From Alphaproteobacteria bacterium (GTDB lineage: Bacteria; Pseudomonadota; Alphaproteobacteria; GCA-2731375), in assembly GCA_965225945.1 (NCBI GenBank), contig CBDDBZ010000037.1, forward strand, positions 352,001-416,000: a DNA stretch of 64,000 bases, in the 5' to 3' direction. This document shows positions 1-10,831 of this stretch, in pieces. The notes under the pieces are model-generated. The model was not told the DNA's origin. It saw only the letters and a program-made list of their open reading frames with translations, and did no database searches. Within the stretch, counting starts at the first letter, position 1. Every line of letters starts with the position of its first letter. A program made the position numbers and the translations under genes.

Positions 1-255
1 ATGGGGTAGCCCGTCCTCGTCGTAGCCGAGGATTTCGTCATCCGAGCGCGCGTCGAGCAGCGGCAGGGCGGCGCAATGCGCCGCAATCTCCATGACATCC
101 TCGACGAGGCTCTCTATTCGCCGCCGCTTACGCTCTTCCTTGGCCAAGCGCTCCTTGAGCGCGCCGATGACGGCCTGTGTGAGTGTCTCGCCCGTCACGC
201 GCGCCACTTCCCTCGCCAAGCGGTCCGCCTCGGGGTCTTTGATGCTCAATGCCAT
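1..255 (-). CDS. vapB: VapB-type antitoxin (Rv0623-like); runs off the window edge
   Basis: Manual translation [37 protein letters not shown]...[15 protein letters not shown]; absent from the ORF track because the stop codon lies outside the window. Confidence 0.85.
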   Translation of the reverse strand, partial: MALSIKDPEADRLAREVARVTGETLTQAVIGALKERLAKEERKRRRIESLVEDVMEIAAHCAALPLLDARSDDEILGYDEDGLPH

Positions 256-426
256 TTAGGTACCTAGGTGCCAATTTGTCTCGCCTTCTAGAAATATAAA
301 GATTCTCCGGCGCATGCAAGCTCGTGGGAATTTGACCGGTGTGGCGCCACGCGGGAGCATTGACACTCTCCCGGCGCCTCCCCGAACATGTAGGCGATGG
401 CGATGGCCCGAGGGGGAGCGGAAGGG

Positions 427-2118
427 ATGGCCATGGACGGCAAGGGCGCGATCCACCCCTATATCCCGGAGATCGTGGAAAAGTGTCGCAAGGGCAAGGT
501 CGCTCGCCGCGATTTCCTGCGCCTGGCGAGCCTGCTCGGCGTTTCCGCCGCCGCCGCGCATGCCTTGATCGGCCAGCGCCCGAGCCTCTTTTCGGCGGGA
601 CCCGCGCGGGCCGCCGGCCCCGGTGGCGTGCTGCGCTGTTCCCACCGTGTGCAGGAAATCACCGATCCGGCGAAATTCGACTGGCCGGAGGCGGGAAACC
701 TGGTCCGCCACGTGGTCGAATACCTGACGGTCACGGGTGCCGACAACATCACCCGGCCCTACCTCGCCGAGCGCTGGGCGGTGTCGGCGGACCTGAAGAC
801 CTGGACCTTCCATCTCCGCCGGGGCGTCAAGTGGAGCAACGGCGACGACTTCGGCGCCGACGACGTGGTCTTCAACATCGAGCGCTGGCTGGACCCGGCG
901 ACCGGCTCTTCCAACATCGCCCTGTTCTCGGCGATGGTCGAGGACGTCGATACCGGCAAGACCGACGGCGAGGGCAACCCGGTGATCGAGAAACGGATGA
1001 ACTCGGGCGCCGTCGAAAAGCTCGACCCCCATACCGTCCGGCTGCATCTCTCCCGCCCGTCGTTGTCGATCCCGGAGAACCTCTACAACTATCCGGCCGC
1101 GATCCTGCACCGTCGGTTCTCCGAGATGGGTGGAGACTTCGCCAAGCATCCGATCGGCACCGGCCCGTTCGAGATCACCGAGCATCGGCCGGGCGAGCGG
1201 TTCTCGCTTCGCCGTCGCGCCGCGCAAGCCTATTGGGGCCCGCCGGTGCGCCTCGACGGGATCACCTATGTCGATCACGGAGACGATCCGGCGACCCGGC
1301 TCTACGCCCTGATCGCCGGCGAGATCGACATGGTGAGCGAGATCGACATCGAGCAGTTCGACGTGATCGAGAAGGTGGCGGGCCTCCGCGTCAACCAGAC
1401 CGTGACCGCGCAGACCGCCGTCGCGCGCATGCAGATCTCTCAGGCACCGTTCGACAATCGGCTGCTCAGGCGCGCCATTCAGGCCGCGACCGACCGGCGC
1501 GAAATTCTGGAGGCGGCCTACCGCGGCCGGGGCGCGCCCGGCGAGGATCACCACGTTGCCCCGATCCATCCCGAATACTTCAAGCTGGCGCCGCTCAGGC
1601 GCGACGTCGACGAGGCGAAGCGTCTACTCGCCGAGGCGGGCTACCCCGACGGGATCCGTTTGAAGCTGGATCTGGGCCAAGCGGAGTCCTGGCACCTCGC
1701 GGCGATGCGGGCCTTCGCGGCGCAACTCGCCCCCGCCGGTATCGCCCTCGAGCTCAACGTGATGGCGGGCACGCGATACTGGGACGTCTGGGAGAAGACC
1801 GCTTTCGGCTTTACCGCGTGGACCCACCGGCCCTTGGGCGTGATGGCGCTCGACCTCGGCTACCGGGGCGGCGTGCCGTGGAACGAGACCCACTACGCCA
1901 ACCCCGACTTCGACCGCGCGCTGGACGAGGCGGGCGCCGCCCTCGATATCGGCGAGCGGCGCCGGAAGATGGAGCGGGTGGAGAGGATCCTGCAGGAGGA
2001 CGCGGTCATCGTGCAGCCGCTCTGGCGTTCGGTCTTCTCCGCGACCCACGAGCGGGTGCGCGACTACGCCGTCCATCCGACCTTCTACCACGACTTCCGC
2101 AAGGTTTGGCTCGGCTAG
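427..2118 (+). CDS. ABC transporter substrate-binding protein, family 5 (dipeptide/oligopeptide-like), Tat signal
   Basis: RRDFLR twin-arginine motif, LAERW...[15 protein letters not shown] and IGTGPF motifs; start uncertain (397/427/433). Confidence 0.9.
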   Translation: MAMDGKGAIHPYIPEIVEKCRKGKVARRDFLRLASLLGVSAAAAHALIGQRPSLFSAGPARAAGPGGVLRCSHRVQEITDPAKFDWPEAGNLVRHVVEYLTVTGADNITRPYLAERWAVSADLKTWTFHLRRGVKWSNGDDFGADDVVFNIERWLDPATGSSNIALFSAMVEDVDTGKTDGEGNPVIEKRMNSGAVEKLDPHTVRLHLSRPSLSIPENLYNYPAAILHRRFSEMGGDFAKHPIGTGPFEITEHRPGERFSLRRRAAQAYWGPPVRLDGITYVDHGDDPATRLYALIAGEIDMVSEIDIEQFDVIEKVAGLRVNQTVTAQTAVARMQISQAPFDNRLLRRAIQAATDRREILEAAYRGRGAPGEDHHVAPIHPEYFKLAPLRRDVDEAKRLLAEAGYPDGIRLKLDLGQAESWHLAAMRAFAAQLAPAGIALELNVMAGTRYWDVWEKTAFGFTAWTHRPLGVMALDLGYRGGVPWNETHYANPDFDRALDEAGAALDIGERRRKMERVERILQEDAVIVQPLWRSVFSATHERVRDYAVHPTFYHDFRKVWLG

Positions 2119-2136
2119 TGGATTCTATCCACTAGC
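2114..2136. repeat. Short intergenic palindrome GCTAGTGGAT-TCT-ATCCACTAGC
   Basis: 10-bp perfect arms between convergent genes; inverted second copy at 6699-6718. Confidence 0.75.
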
Positions 2137-2195
2137 GAGGGGCGCAGCACCTCGGCCGCGTCCAGGGTCGCCATCGGTTCCACGCTCGTCTTTCC

Positions 2196-3323
2196 TCATC
2201 CAGCTCGCGCCCGTCGGTATCCCAATGCCTCCGCGACCCGATCGGCGATGGCGAGGGAGGCGGTGAGTCCCGGGCTCTCGATGCCGTAAAGATTGACCAG
2301 ACCCTCGATGCCGTGCGCTTGCGCGCCCTGAATCCGGAAATCCTCGTCGTAGCCGCCGGGCTTCTCCACCTTGGGTCGAATTCCGGAATAGGCCGGCTGC
2401 AGCGCATCGTCGGGCAAGCCCGGCCAATAGCGGCGCACCGCCTCGTAGAACACGTCGGCGCGGCGGGGATCGACGTCGTAATCGATCTCCTCGATCCATT
2501 CCTGATCGGGACCGAAACGGTTGCGCCCGGCGAGGTCGACGCTGACGTGGACGCCGAGGCTGGTGCTCCCGGGCACCGGATAGATCAGCCGGGCGAACGG
2601 CTGGCGGCCGAGGAGCGAGAAATAGCTGCCCTTGCAGAAGAATTGATCCGGCACCGTCTCCGGCGCCAGCCCGGCGAGCGCGCGAGCGACGTCGGGGGCA
2701 TGGAGGCCGGCCGCATTGACCAGCATCCGCGCGGCCAGCCGGTATTCGCCTGTTCCCCCGTCGCCGATCGCCAATTCGAAGCCCCGGCCCGTCGCCTCGC
2801 CCCGGAGCAACGGCGAGAGGAAGGCGATCATCGCGCCGTGATCCTCCGCCTCGCCCTGATAGGCGAGCATCAGGGAATGGCTGTCGATGATCCCGGTGGA
2901 CGGCGAGACGATTGCCCCCGTCGCGCGGATCTCCGGCTCCAGCTCGCGCACCGCGTCGGCGCCGATCATGTGGAGGTCGTCCACCCCGTTGTCGTGGCCC
3001 CGGGCGATGATGGCCTCCAGCGTCTCGGCCTCCCCGTCCGAGGTGGCGACGATCAACTTGCCGCAATTCTGGTGCGGCACGCCGCGCTCGCGACAATATT
3101 GGTAGAGCCCGTGCCTGCCCTCGACGCAGAGTTGGGCCTTCAGGCTGTCCTTGGCGTAATAGATGCCGGCGTGGATCACCTCGCTATTTCGCGAGGAGGT
3201 TTCGGTGCCGATCATATCGGCGCGTTCCACCACCACGACCTCGACCCCGGCCATCGCCAGGCGGCGAGCCACCGCCAGCCCGACCACGCCGGCCCCGATC
3301 ACGATGCATTCGACCTGTTCCAT
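2196..3323 (-). CDS. FAD-dependent oxidoreductase, L-2-hydroxyglutarate oxidase (LhgO)-like
   Basis: GAGVVG Rossmann motif, TSSRNSEVIHAGIYY, GIESPGLTAS. Confidence 0.9.
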   Translation of the reverse strand: MEQVECIVIGAGVVGLAVARRLAMAGVEVVVVERADMIGTETSSRNSEVIHAGIYYAKDSLKAQLCVEGRHGLYQYCRERGVPHQNCGKLIVATSDGEAETLEAIIARGHDNGVDDLHMIGADAVRELEPEIRATGAIVSPSTGIIDSHSLMLAYQGEAEDHGAMIAFLSPLLRGEATGRGFELAIGDGGTGEYRLAARMLVNAAGLHAPDVARALAGLAPETVPDQFFCKGSYFSLLGRQPFARLIYPVPGSTSLGVHVSVDLAGRNRFGPDQEWIEEIDYDVDPRRADVFYEAVRRYWPGLPDDALQPAYSGIRPKVEKPGGYDEDFRIQGAQAHGIEGLVNLYGIESPGLTASLAIADRVAEALGYRRARAG

Positions 3324-3429
3324 GAGGCCGGATTTCTGGCGCCATCGGCGAGGTTGGTCAAGCAGGTGTGATTTGTGCCGGGTCCGAGATTTCTGGGAAA
3401 CTGCCTGGGGAAATTCGGGAGAAGATCGA

Positions 3430-4419
<990 letters not shown>

Positions 4420-4437
4420 GTTGGAAGGCAGGGGCGT

Positions 4438-4749
4438 TCAAACATTCTCCGGCGCGTAACGCGCGACGTCGATGGTGTCGGCGCGCTCTCGCATGAGCGT
4501 GGCATCGTGCCAGGCCTGCATTCGAAGCATCGTGTTCATGTCCAGTCCGAAAGCCTTCTCAATCCGGATCGCCATTTCCGGCGTGAGGCGCGCCTTCTCG
4601 TTCACGAAATCGGACAGTGTCGCCCGGCGCACGCCCAGGATCTCGGCGGCCCTGGTGATCGACAATCCCAGCTCGTCGAGAATTTCCGCGCGGATAAAAT
4701 CGCCAGGGTGATCGGGCTTAATGCCGATTCTTTTTATCGCTTCGCTCAT
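4438..4749 (-). CDS. higA: HigA family antitoxin (HTH)
   Basis: HPGDFIRAEILDELGLSITRAAEILGVRRATLS; ATG overlaps the higB stop (TGATG). Confidence 0.9.
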   Translation of the reverse strand: MSEAIKRIGIKPDHPGDFIRAEILDELGLSITRAAEILGVRRATLSDFVNEKARLTPEMAIRIEKAFGLDMNTMLRMQAWHDATLMRERADTIDVARYAPENV

Positions 4750-5033
4750 CAGTGATAATTCTCCAAGTTCAGACGCAAAATGTCTCCGTCCTCGACATCG
4801 AAGGTAATGCGCCAGTTGCCGGACACGCTGATGCTCCACGTCCCCGCCCGCTCGCCAGTCAACCGGTGGATACGTCAGACCGGCGGCGCCACAATGGTCT
4901 CCATGCCGTCGGCGAGGACCGGTGCCGTCACGACGCGGCCAAGGCGCCAGACCAGGTCACCGTGAAGCGCCCGCTCGTCGTTATTCTCGATAAGGCGCCT
5001 CAATCCTCGATGCCTGACGGAACGGATCCTCAT
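4749..5033 (-). pseudogene. higB: HigB (RelE/ParE-fold) toxin with an in-frame TGA at 4875-4877
   Basis: MRIRSVRHRGLRRL...APPV*RIHRLTGERAGTWSISVSGNWRITF...LENYH; the frame continues past the stop. Confidence 0.85.
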
Positions 5034-5196
5034 GGGGCATTGTACGCCTGTACCGTACGATTTCAAATCACTTTTTCGGCTGCGCGACTTCGGGGCTCGC
5101 TGGACAGGCATCGTTTCGGGTACAATCTAGGGAACGCGGTGGCGCTACCTGTCGCCGCGCGGGGAGTGACGCGGAAGAGCGAGGGAGCACGTCGTC

Positions 5197-5922
5197 ATGA
5201 CGTCCGAGGATCGACCGGTCGCGCGCAAGGCGCCCACGTCGGTACCGTCCGCCTTGTCCGAGGTCAATGCGTTCCTCGACCAGGTCGCCGCCATGCCGCG
5301 CGTCAAGGAGAAAGCGGCACGCGGCCGCTTGCTCTTCGCCATGGACGCGACGGCGAGCCGCGAGCCCACCTGGGACATGGCCTGCCAGATCCAGGGCGAC
5401 ATGTTCGCCCAGGCGGCGACGCTCGGCGGGCTCGACGTGCGCCTCGTGTTCTATCGCGGTTATCGTCAGCTCAAGACGACGCCTTGGATCTCCAGCGCCG
5501 CCGATCTGATCCCCCACATGACCCGGGTCCGTTGCCTCGGCGGCCAGACCCAGCTCGAGCGGATGCTCGACTACGCCATCCACCTCACCCGCGAGCACAA
5601 GATCGATGCCATGGTCTTCGTCGGCGACGCGCTCGAGGAGGAGATCGACGCGGTATGCGCCAAGGCGGGCGAACTCGGCATGCTGGGCGTGCGCTGCTTC
5701 ATGTTCCAGGAGGGCCGGATCGAATTCGCCGAGCGCGGCTTTCGCCAGATCGCGACCCTGACGCGGGGCGCCTATTGCCGCTTCGATGCCGGCTCGGCGG
5801 CGCAGTTGAAGGCGCTGTTGGGCGCGGTCGCGGTCTATGCCGCGGGCGGCCGCCAGGCCCTGCTGACGCATGGCGAGCGGCGCGGCGGCGACGTCCTGCG
5901 GATCGCGCACCAGGTTCGATAG
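5197..5922 (+). CDS. VWA domain-containing protein
   Basis: MIDAS-like DATAS, GGQTQ, FVGD. Confidence 0.8.
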   Translation: MTSEDRPVARKAPTSVPSALSEVNAFLDQVAAMPRVKEKAARGRLLFAMDATASREPTWDMACQIQGDMFAQAATLGGLDVRLVFYRGYRQLKTTPWISSAADLIPHMTRVRCLGGQTQLERMLDYAIHLTREHKIDAMVFVGDALEEEIDAVCAKAGELGMLGVRCFMFQEGRIEFAERGFRQIATLTRGAYCRFDAGSAAQLKALLGAVAVYAAGGRQALLTHGERRGGDVLRIAHQVR

Positions 5923-5929
5923 GCGGGCG

Positions 5930-6682
5930 ATGCACATCGGTTTCGCCTTTCTCGGCGTCTGCCTGCTGGTGGCCCTGTTGCTGGCGCGTAACTGGCTGCT
6001 GAACGCCGATCCCATGGCGATCGCCCGGGGCCTGCGCTATCTCGGCGTCGGCCTGTTGGGCGCGACGGGACTGTTTCTGCTGATCACCGGCCGCTTCAGT
6101 TGGGGAATACCCGCCGCCCTGGCGGCGCTCGCCCTCTTGCGGGGGATGTCGTTCCCGAAAATATCCTTTCCCTCCATGGGTGGCGGCCCGTCGAGTGGAC
6201 GCAGCTCCAAGGTCGAGACGATGTACCTTCGCATGCGCCTGGAGCACGACAGTGGCGAGATGAGCGGCGAGGTGTTGAAGGGGCCCTTCGCCGGCAAGCA
6301 GCTGGCGGCGCTGGATTTGGATAGCCTGGTGGCCCTGCTCGGCGAATGCCACCGCGAGGATGCGGATTCGGCGCAACTGCTGGAGACCTATCTCGACCGG
6401 GCGGTGGGCGGCGACTGGCGCGAGGCGGCCCGGGCCGGCGGCGCCACCGCCGAGGAACAGGGCGGGCGGGGTTGGGGGCCGCGCGGCGATAGCGCCCGCC
6501 CGCGCCCGCAGATGACGGCGGAGGAAGCGCGCGAGATCCTCGGCGTCGGGCCCGAGGCGACGGCGGAGGAGATCAAGGAGTCCTATCGCCGACTGATGCA
6601 TAAGCTGCATCCCGATCAAGGCGGCTCCACCTACCTCGCGACCAAGATCAACCAGGCCAAGGATATCCTGCTTGCCGTTTGA
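5930..6682 (+). CDS. Membrane-anchored DnaJ-domain protein
   Basis: N-terminal hydrophobic helices; C-terminal J-domain with HPD (LHPDQGGS). Confidence 0.85.
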   Translation: MHIGFAFLGVCLLVALLLARNWLLNADPMAIARGLRYLGVGLLGATGLFLLITGRFSWGIPAALAALALLRGMSFPKISFPSMGGGPSSGRSSKVETMYLRMRLEHDSGEMSGEVLKGPFAGKQLAALDLDSLVALLGECHREDADSAQLLETYLDRAVGGDWREAARAGGATAEEQGGRGWGPRGDSARPRPQMTAEEAREILGVGPEATAEEIKESYRRLMHKLHPDQGGSTYLATKINQAKDILLAV

Positions 6683-6698
6683 ACCGAGCACGCGATCC

Positions 6699-6718
6699 CA
6701 GTGGATAGAATCCACTAG
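6699..6718. repeat. Second, inverted copy of the CTAGTGGAT/ATCCACTAG palindrome
   Basis: CAGTGGATAGAATCCACTAG is the reverse complement of the 2115-2134 element except for one terminal base. Confidence 0.7.
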
Positions 6719-6734
6719 AGCGGACAAATCGCCC

Positions 6735-8114
6735 ATGACGCACGAACTCGACGCGAGCGTGCTGCGCGAATACGACATTCGCGGCATCGTCGATTCCACC
6801 ATCGGGCCGGGTGATGCCTATGCGATCGGCCGCACGCTGGCGACCATCGCCGGGGAGGTAGGGGGGCGCGCCGTTGCCACCGGCTACGATGGCCGCCATA
6901 GCTCCCCCGGATTCGAGCAGGCGGTGGCCGAGGGCATTCGCGATGCCGGCCTGACGGCGCTCCGGGTCGGCCTGGGGCCGACGCCGCAGCTCTATTTCGC
7001 GGAGCACGAGCTCGGGGCCGACGCCGGGATCATGGTCACCGGCTCGCACAATCCACCGGATTACAACGGCTTCAAGTTGACCCTCCAGAGCAAGCCGTTT
7101 TTCGGCGAGTCGATCCAGGAGCTCGCGCGGCGAGCTGGCGCCGGCGCTTGGGCCACGGGCGAGGGCGAGATGATCGGCCACGACGTCGGGCCCGCCTATC
7201 TCGACCTGTTGGCCGCGACCTATGAAGCCGGAGCGCCGCTTTCCGTCGCCTGGGACTGTGGCCATGGTGCTACCGGCGACATCGTCGCGGCGTTGGTCGA
7301 GCGGCTGCCCGGGCGCCATCTGACGCTGTACGAGCGGATCGACGGCGACTTTCCCGCCCATCATCCGGACCCGACCGTGGCCGCGAACCTCCGGGACCTG
7401 ATCGACTGCGTGCGCCGCGAGGGTCTCGACCTCGGCATCGGCTTCGATGGCGACGGCGACCGGATCGGCGTGGTCGACGGCGAGGGCCGCATCATCTGGG
7501 GCGATCAATTGCTGACGCTGCTGGCCCGAGACGTGCTTCGCGAGTTTCCCGGCGCGCCGATTCTGGCCGACGTGAAGTCGAGCCAGACGCTCTTCGACGA
7601 GGTCGAGAAGGCCGGCGGTCGCGCCGTCATGTGCCGCACCGGTCACTCCATAATCAAGGCCGAGATGGCGCTCCTCGGCGCCCCGCTGGCGGGCGAGATG
7701 AGCGGCCATATCTTCTTCGCTGACAAGTTCTTCGGCCATGACGACGCGATCTACGTAGGCCTTCGCTTTCTCGATTTGGTGGCCCGCTCGGGCACCTCCG
7801 CGGCGGCGCTCCGCGACAGCCTGCCGGCGGTGGTGAACACACCCGAGATCCGCGTCGATTGCCCCGACGAGCGCAAGTTCGATCTGGTGGCGGAGGTGCG
7901 CGAGCGCTTGCTCGCGCGGGGCGCCCGGGTCAACGATCTGGACGGCGTCCGCGTGACCACCGAGGCAGGTTGGTGGCTGCTTCGCGCCTCGAACACCCAG
8001 CCGGTGGTGGTGCTCCGCTGCGAGGCCGGCGACGAGGCCGCGCTCCAGGCTCTCAGCGCCGAGGTCCGAGGCGAACTCGAGGCTTGCGGTCTCGCCGTAG
8101 GCGACGCGCTTTGA
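6735..8114 (+). CDS. Phosphomannomutase/phosphoglucomutase (AlgC-like)
   Basis: REYDIRG, TGSHNP, DGDGDR, GEMSGH, RASNT motifs. Confidence 0.93.
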   Translation: MTHELDASVLREYDIRGIVDSTIGPGDAYAIGRTLATIAGEVGGRAVATGYDGRHSSPGFEQAVAEGIRDAGLTALRVGLGPTPQLYFAEHELGADAGIMVTGSHNPPDYNGFKLTLQSKPFFGESIQELARRAGAGAWATGEGEMIGHDVGPAYLDLLAATYEAGAPLSVAWDCGHGATGDIVAALVERLPGRHLTLYERIDGDFPAHHPDPTVAANLRDLIDCVRREGLDLGIGFDGDGDRIGVVDGEGRIIWGDQLLTLLARDVLREFPGAPILADVKSSQTLFDEVEKAGGRAVMCRTGHSIIKAEMALLGAPLAGEMSGHIFFADKFFGHDDAIYVGLRFLDLVARSGTSAAALRDSLPAVVNTPEIRVDCPDERKFDLVAEVRERLLARGARVNDLDGVRVTTEAGWWLLRASNTQPVVVLRCEAGDEAALQALSAEVRGELEACGLAVGDAL

Positions 8115-8142
8115 TGCCGCCGGCGCGTGCCGTGGACTGGCC

Positions 8143-9042
8143 GTGATCCGCCTCGACGCCGAGGTCGCCGACGCCCTCGAGGCGGGACGCCCCGTGCTGG
8201 CCTTGGAGACCAGCATCGTCGCCCAGGGCTTTCCCAGGCCGGACAACCTGGCGGTCGGCCGGGAGATGGCGGCGGCGGCGCGGGGCGCGGGCGCGGTGCC
8301 GGCGATGATCGCCGTGGTCGACGGCGGGGTCCAGGTCGGTCTCGACGACGAGATGCTATTCCGCCTGGCGAACGAAGAGGTGCTGAAATGTTCGACGCGC
8401 GATCTGGCGGCCACGCTGCTCTCCGGTGAACTCGGCGCGACCACGGTCGCGGCGACGACGCGGATCGCCGCCGAGGTCGGCATCCGAGTCTTCGCCACCG
8501 GCGGTATCGGCGGCGTGCATCGCGGTGTCGGGCCGCCCGACGTTTCCGCCGATCTGGCGGAGTTGGCGCGCCGTCCGCTCTGCGTGGTCTGCAGCGGCGC
8601 CAAGTCGATCCTCGACCTGCCGGCGACGCTCGAGGCCCTGGAGACGCTGGGCGTTCCCGTGATCGGCCACGGCACGAATCGTTTTCCCGCTTTCCACGCC
8701 GTCGACAGCGGCCTTGCCGTGGCCAGCCGATGTGACGAGATCGCAGCGATTGCAGCACTTGCCGAGGCCCATTGGCGACTCGGCGGCGGCGGCCTGCTGG
8801 TCTGCGAGCCGCCGCCCGAGGATTTGGCGGTGGCGTCGGGCGAGCTCGAGATCTGGCTGGCGCGGGCGCTGGCGGAGGCGCGCTCGGCCTCGGTTTCCGG
8901 GCCGGCCTCGACGCCGTTTCTCTTGGCCGCGCTCAACCGCATTTCTGGTGGCGCGACGCTGGCGGTGAATCGCGCGCTGGCAATCGCCAATGCCGCCGTC
9001 GGCGCGCGTCTGGCCGGCGCGCTGAGCGGATCGCGGAGCTAG
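8143..9042 (+). CDS. psuG: Pseudouridine-5'-phosphate glycosidase
   Basis: VLALETSIVAQG, GATTVAAT, FATGGIGGVHRG, DVSADL, GAKSILD. Confidence 0.92.
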   Translation: MIRLDAEVADALEAGRPVLALETSIVAQGFPRPDNLAVGREMAAAARGAGAVPAMIAVVDGGVQVGLDDEMLFRLANEEVLKCSTRDLAATLLSGELGATTVAATTRIAAEVGIRVFATGGIGGVHRGVGPPDVSADLAELARRPLCVVCSGAKSILDLPATLEALETLGVPVIGHGTNRFPAFHAVDSGLAVASRCDEIAAIAALAEAHWRLGGGGLLVCEPPPEDLAVASGELEIWLARALAEARSASVSGPASTPFLLAALNRISGGATLAVNRALAIANAAVGARLAGALSGSRS

Positions 9043-10277
9043 GAAACGGAGCGGCGGGCCGAGGTTCGTATTCGGGACGGCGGTAATGCCAGGCAGTCCA
9101 TGCGCCGTTGCTTGAGGACCCGGCAGGCTCGCTCGGCCTGCTCGCGCTTCAGACCGATCAGACGCGCACGGTAAGGTGGTTTGGCCCCGTCGACGACGGG
9201 CGAGACGGCGTAGCCGAAGCGCCGCAGCACGTCACCGACGGCTTCGCCGGCGAGCAACGCCTGGCGGCGCGCCAGGGCGAATTCCCGATAGGCGCCGACC
9301 TGAACCACCCATCCGCCGGTCCTGACCGGGGCGGCGGCGAGGGCGCGTGGCTTGCTCTTCGAAGCGATGCGAGGAACCGGCTTCGACCCCGGCCTCGGCG
9401 GATGTTTGTTGCTCGGCGGTGGCAGAATTCTGGCGGCGCGCTCGAAGCCGCTATCCAGCAAGCGCCGCATCCGGCGGTCGCGCCGCGCCGCCGTCCGGCC
9501 ACCATAGACGACGCCGATCAGCCGCCGCCCCTTACGCTCGGCCGAGGCCACCAGATTGAACCCCGAGACTCGAATATAGCCGGTCTTGATCCCGTCCGTG
9601 CCTTGGTAATTGACCAACAGCTTGTTGTGATTCTTGTAGCGCTGGCCCTTGAAGTGGAAGCTCTTGCGGCTGAAGTAACGATAGTCTGCCGGGAAATGCC
9701 GCAGCATGGCGCGGGCCAGGCGGGACATGTCGCGCGCCGTGCTCTTTTGGCGGGTATCGGGAAGGCCCGAGGCGTTGCGGAAGAACGTGCGATTCATCCC
9801 CAGGCGGCGCGCCGCCTGGGTCATCCGCCGAGCGAAGGCCGCCTCGGTCCGCGCGATCCGCTCCGCCAGCGCCGTCGCCACGTCGTTCGCCGACTTCGTC
9901 ACCAGGGCGAGAATTGCCTGCTCGACCGTGATCGATTTGCCCGCCGCGAGGCCCAGCTTGGAGGCCGGCTGGCTCGCTGCCCGCTTCGAAAAGCGAACCC
10001 GATCCTCGAGTTTGAGGCGGCCCGCGCGCAACTCCGCGAAGGTGATGTAGAGCGTCATGATCTTGGTGAGCGAGGCCGGATAGCGAAGTTGGTCGGCGTT
10101 GCGGGAATACAGCACCCTACCGCTCTCGGCGTCGACGACGATCGCGGCGTATTTCGCCGCTGCCGAAACCGTGCCGGCGAAGCCCATGAAGGCGAGCAGA
10201 GCCAGGAGCGTCATCAGGGCGGCGCGCGTGCGGGCGGAGCGCAAAATCGGCGAGCCGGGCAACCAGAATCCGAACAT
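9039..10277 (-). CDS. D-alanyl-D-alanine carboxypeptidase (S11) with C-terminal SPOR domain
   Basis: SxxK (SLTK), SxN (SAN) and KTG motifs; WVVQVGAY SPOR motif; start may be 10214. Confidence 0.9.
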   Translation of the reverse strand: MFGFWLPGSPILRSARTRAALMTLLALLAFMGFAGTVSAAAKYAAIVVDAESGRVLYSRNADQLRYPASLTKIMTLYITFAELRAGRLKLEDRVRFSKRAASQPASKLGLAAGKSITVEQAILALVTKSANDVATALAERIARTEAAFARRMTQAARRLGMNRTFFRNASGLPDTRQKSTARDMSRLARAMLRHFPADYRYFSRKSFHFKGQRYKNHNKLLVNYQGTDGIKTGYIRVSGFNLVASAERKGRRLIGVVYGGRTAARRDRRMRRLLDSGFERAARILPPPSNKHPPRPGSKPVPRIASKSKPRALAAAPVRTGGWVVQVGAYREFALARRQALLAGEAVGDVLRRFGYAVSPVVDGAKPPYRARLIGLKREQAERACRVLKQRRMDCLALPPSRIRTSARRSVS

Positions 10278-10300
10278 CCGTCTCTATGGCCCTGAAATTC

Positions 10301-10316
10301 TTAACGAATCGTTAAC
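10301..10316. promoter_or_regulatory. CtrA-binding box TTAA-N7-TTAAC containing a GANTC (CcrM) site
   Basis: TTAACGAATCGTTAAC between the divergent carboxypeptidase and clpS genes. Confidence 0.7.
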
Positions 10317-10504
10317 ACCATACGGAAGAAGACGGGTTCTTGTCCAGCGCTTATCCCACCGCCGCGTCTCGACCTCGGGCGGGTCGCGCGCCCCGCCTCG
10401 CCGATCGTCGGACCCCCGAGAGCGCTTCCCCCTTTCAAAGCGTCGACGGATCGCCGATATTAGGTGCTTGGGGGGTGAACCCGTGGAGGCCCCGGGCGAA
10501 GGCC

Positions 10505-10831
10505 ATGAAGGACGACCGAGACGATCAGGATTCCGGTACCGGCACCGGCGTCGTCACCTCTACCAAGACACGGACGAAGAAGCCGTCCATGTACAAGGTG
10601 TTGCTGTTGAATGACGACTACACGCCGATGGAATTCGTCGTCCACGTGCTGGAGCGCTTCTTCCACAAGGACCGCGAGGAGGCGACGCATATCATGCTAC
10701 ACGTGCATCGTCGCGGCGTCGGGATCTGTGGCGTCTATACTTACGACGTGGCCGAGACCAAGGTGGTGCAGGTGATCGATTTCACCCGTCGTCACCAACA
10801 CCCTCTGCAGTGTACAATGGAGAAGGATTAA
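10505..10831 (+). CDS. clpS: ATP-dependent Clp protease adaptor ClpS
   Basis: [26 protein letters not shown]. Confidence 0.96.
   Translation: MKDDRDDQDSGTGTGVVTSTKTRTKKPSMYKVLLLNDDYTPMEFVVHVLERFFHKDREEATHIMLHVHRRGVGICGVYTYDVAETKVVQVIDFTRRHQHPLQCTMEKD

Noticed and set aside
4875-4877. TGA as selenocysteine or a genetic-code variant
   Set aside because: The position corresponds to Trp in homologues, and TGA is used as a normal stop throughout the window
8143-9042. psuG without an adjacent psuK as a novel pathway
   Set aside because: The kinase can lie elsewhere in the genome; this cannot be judged from one window
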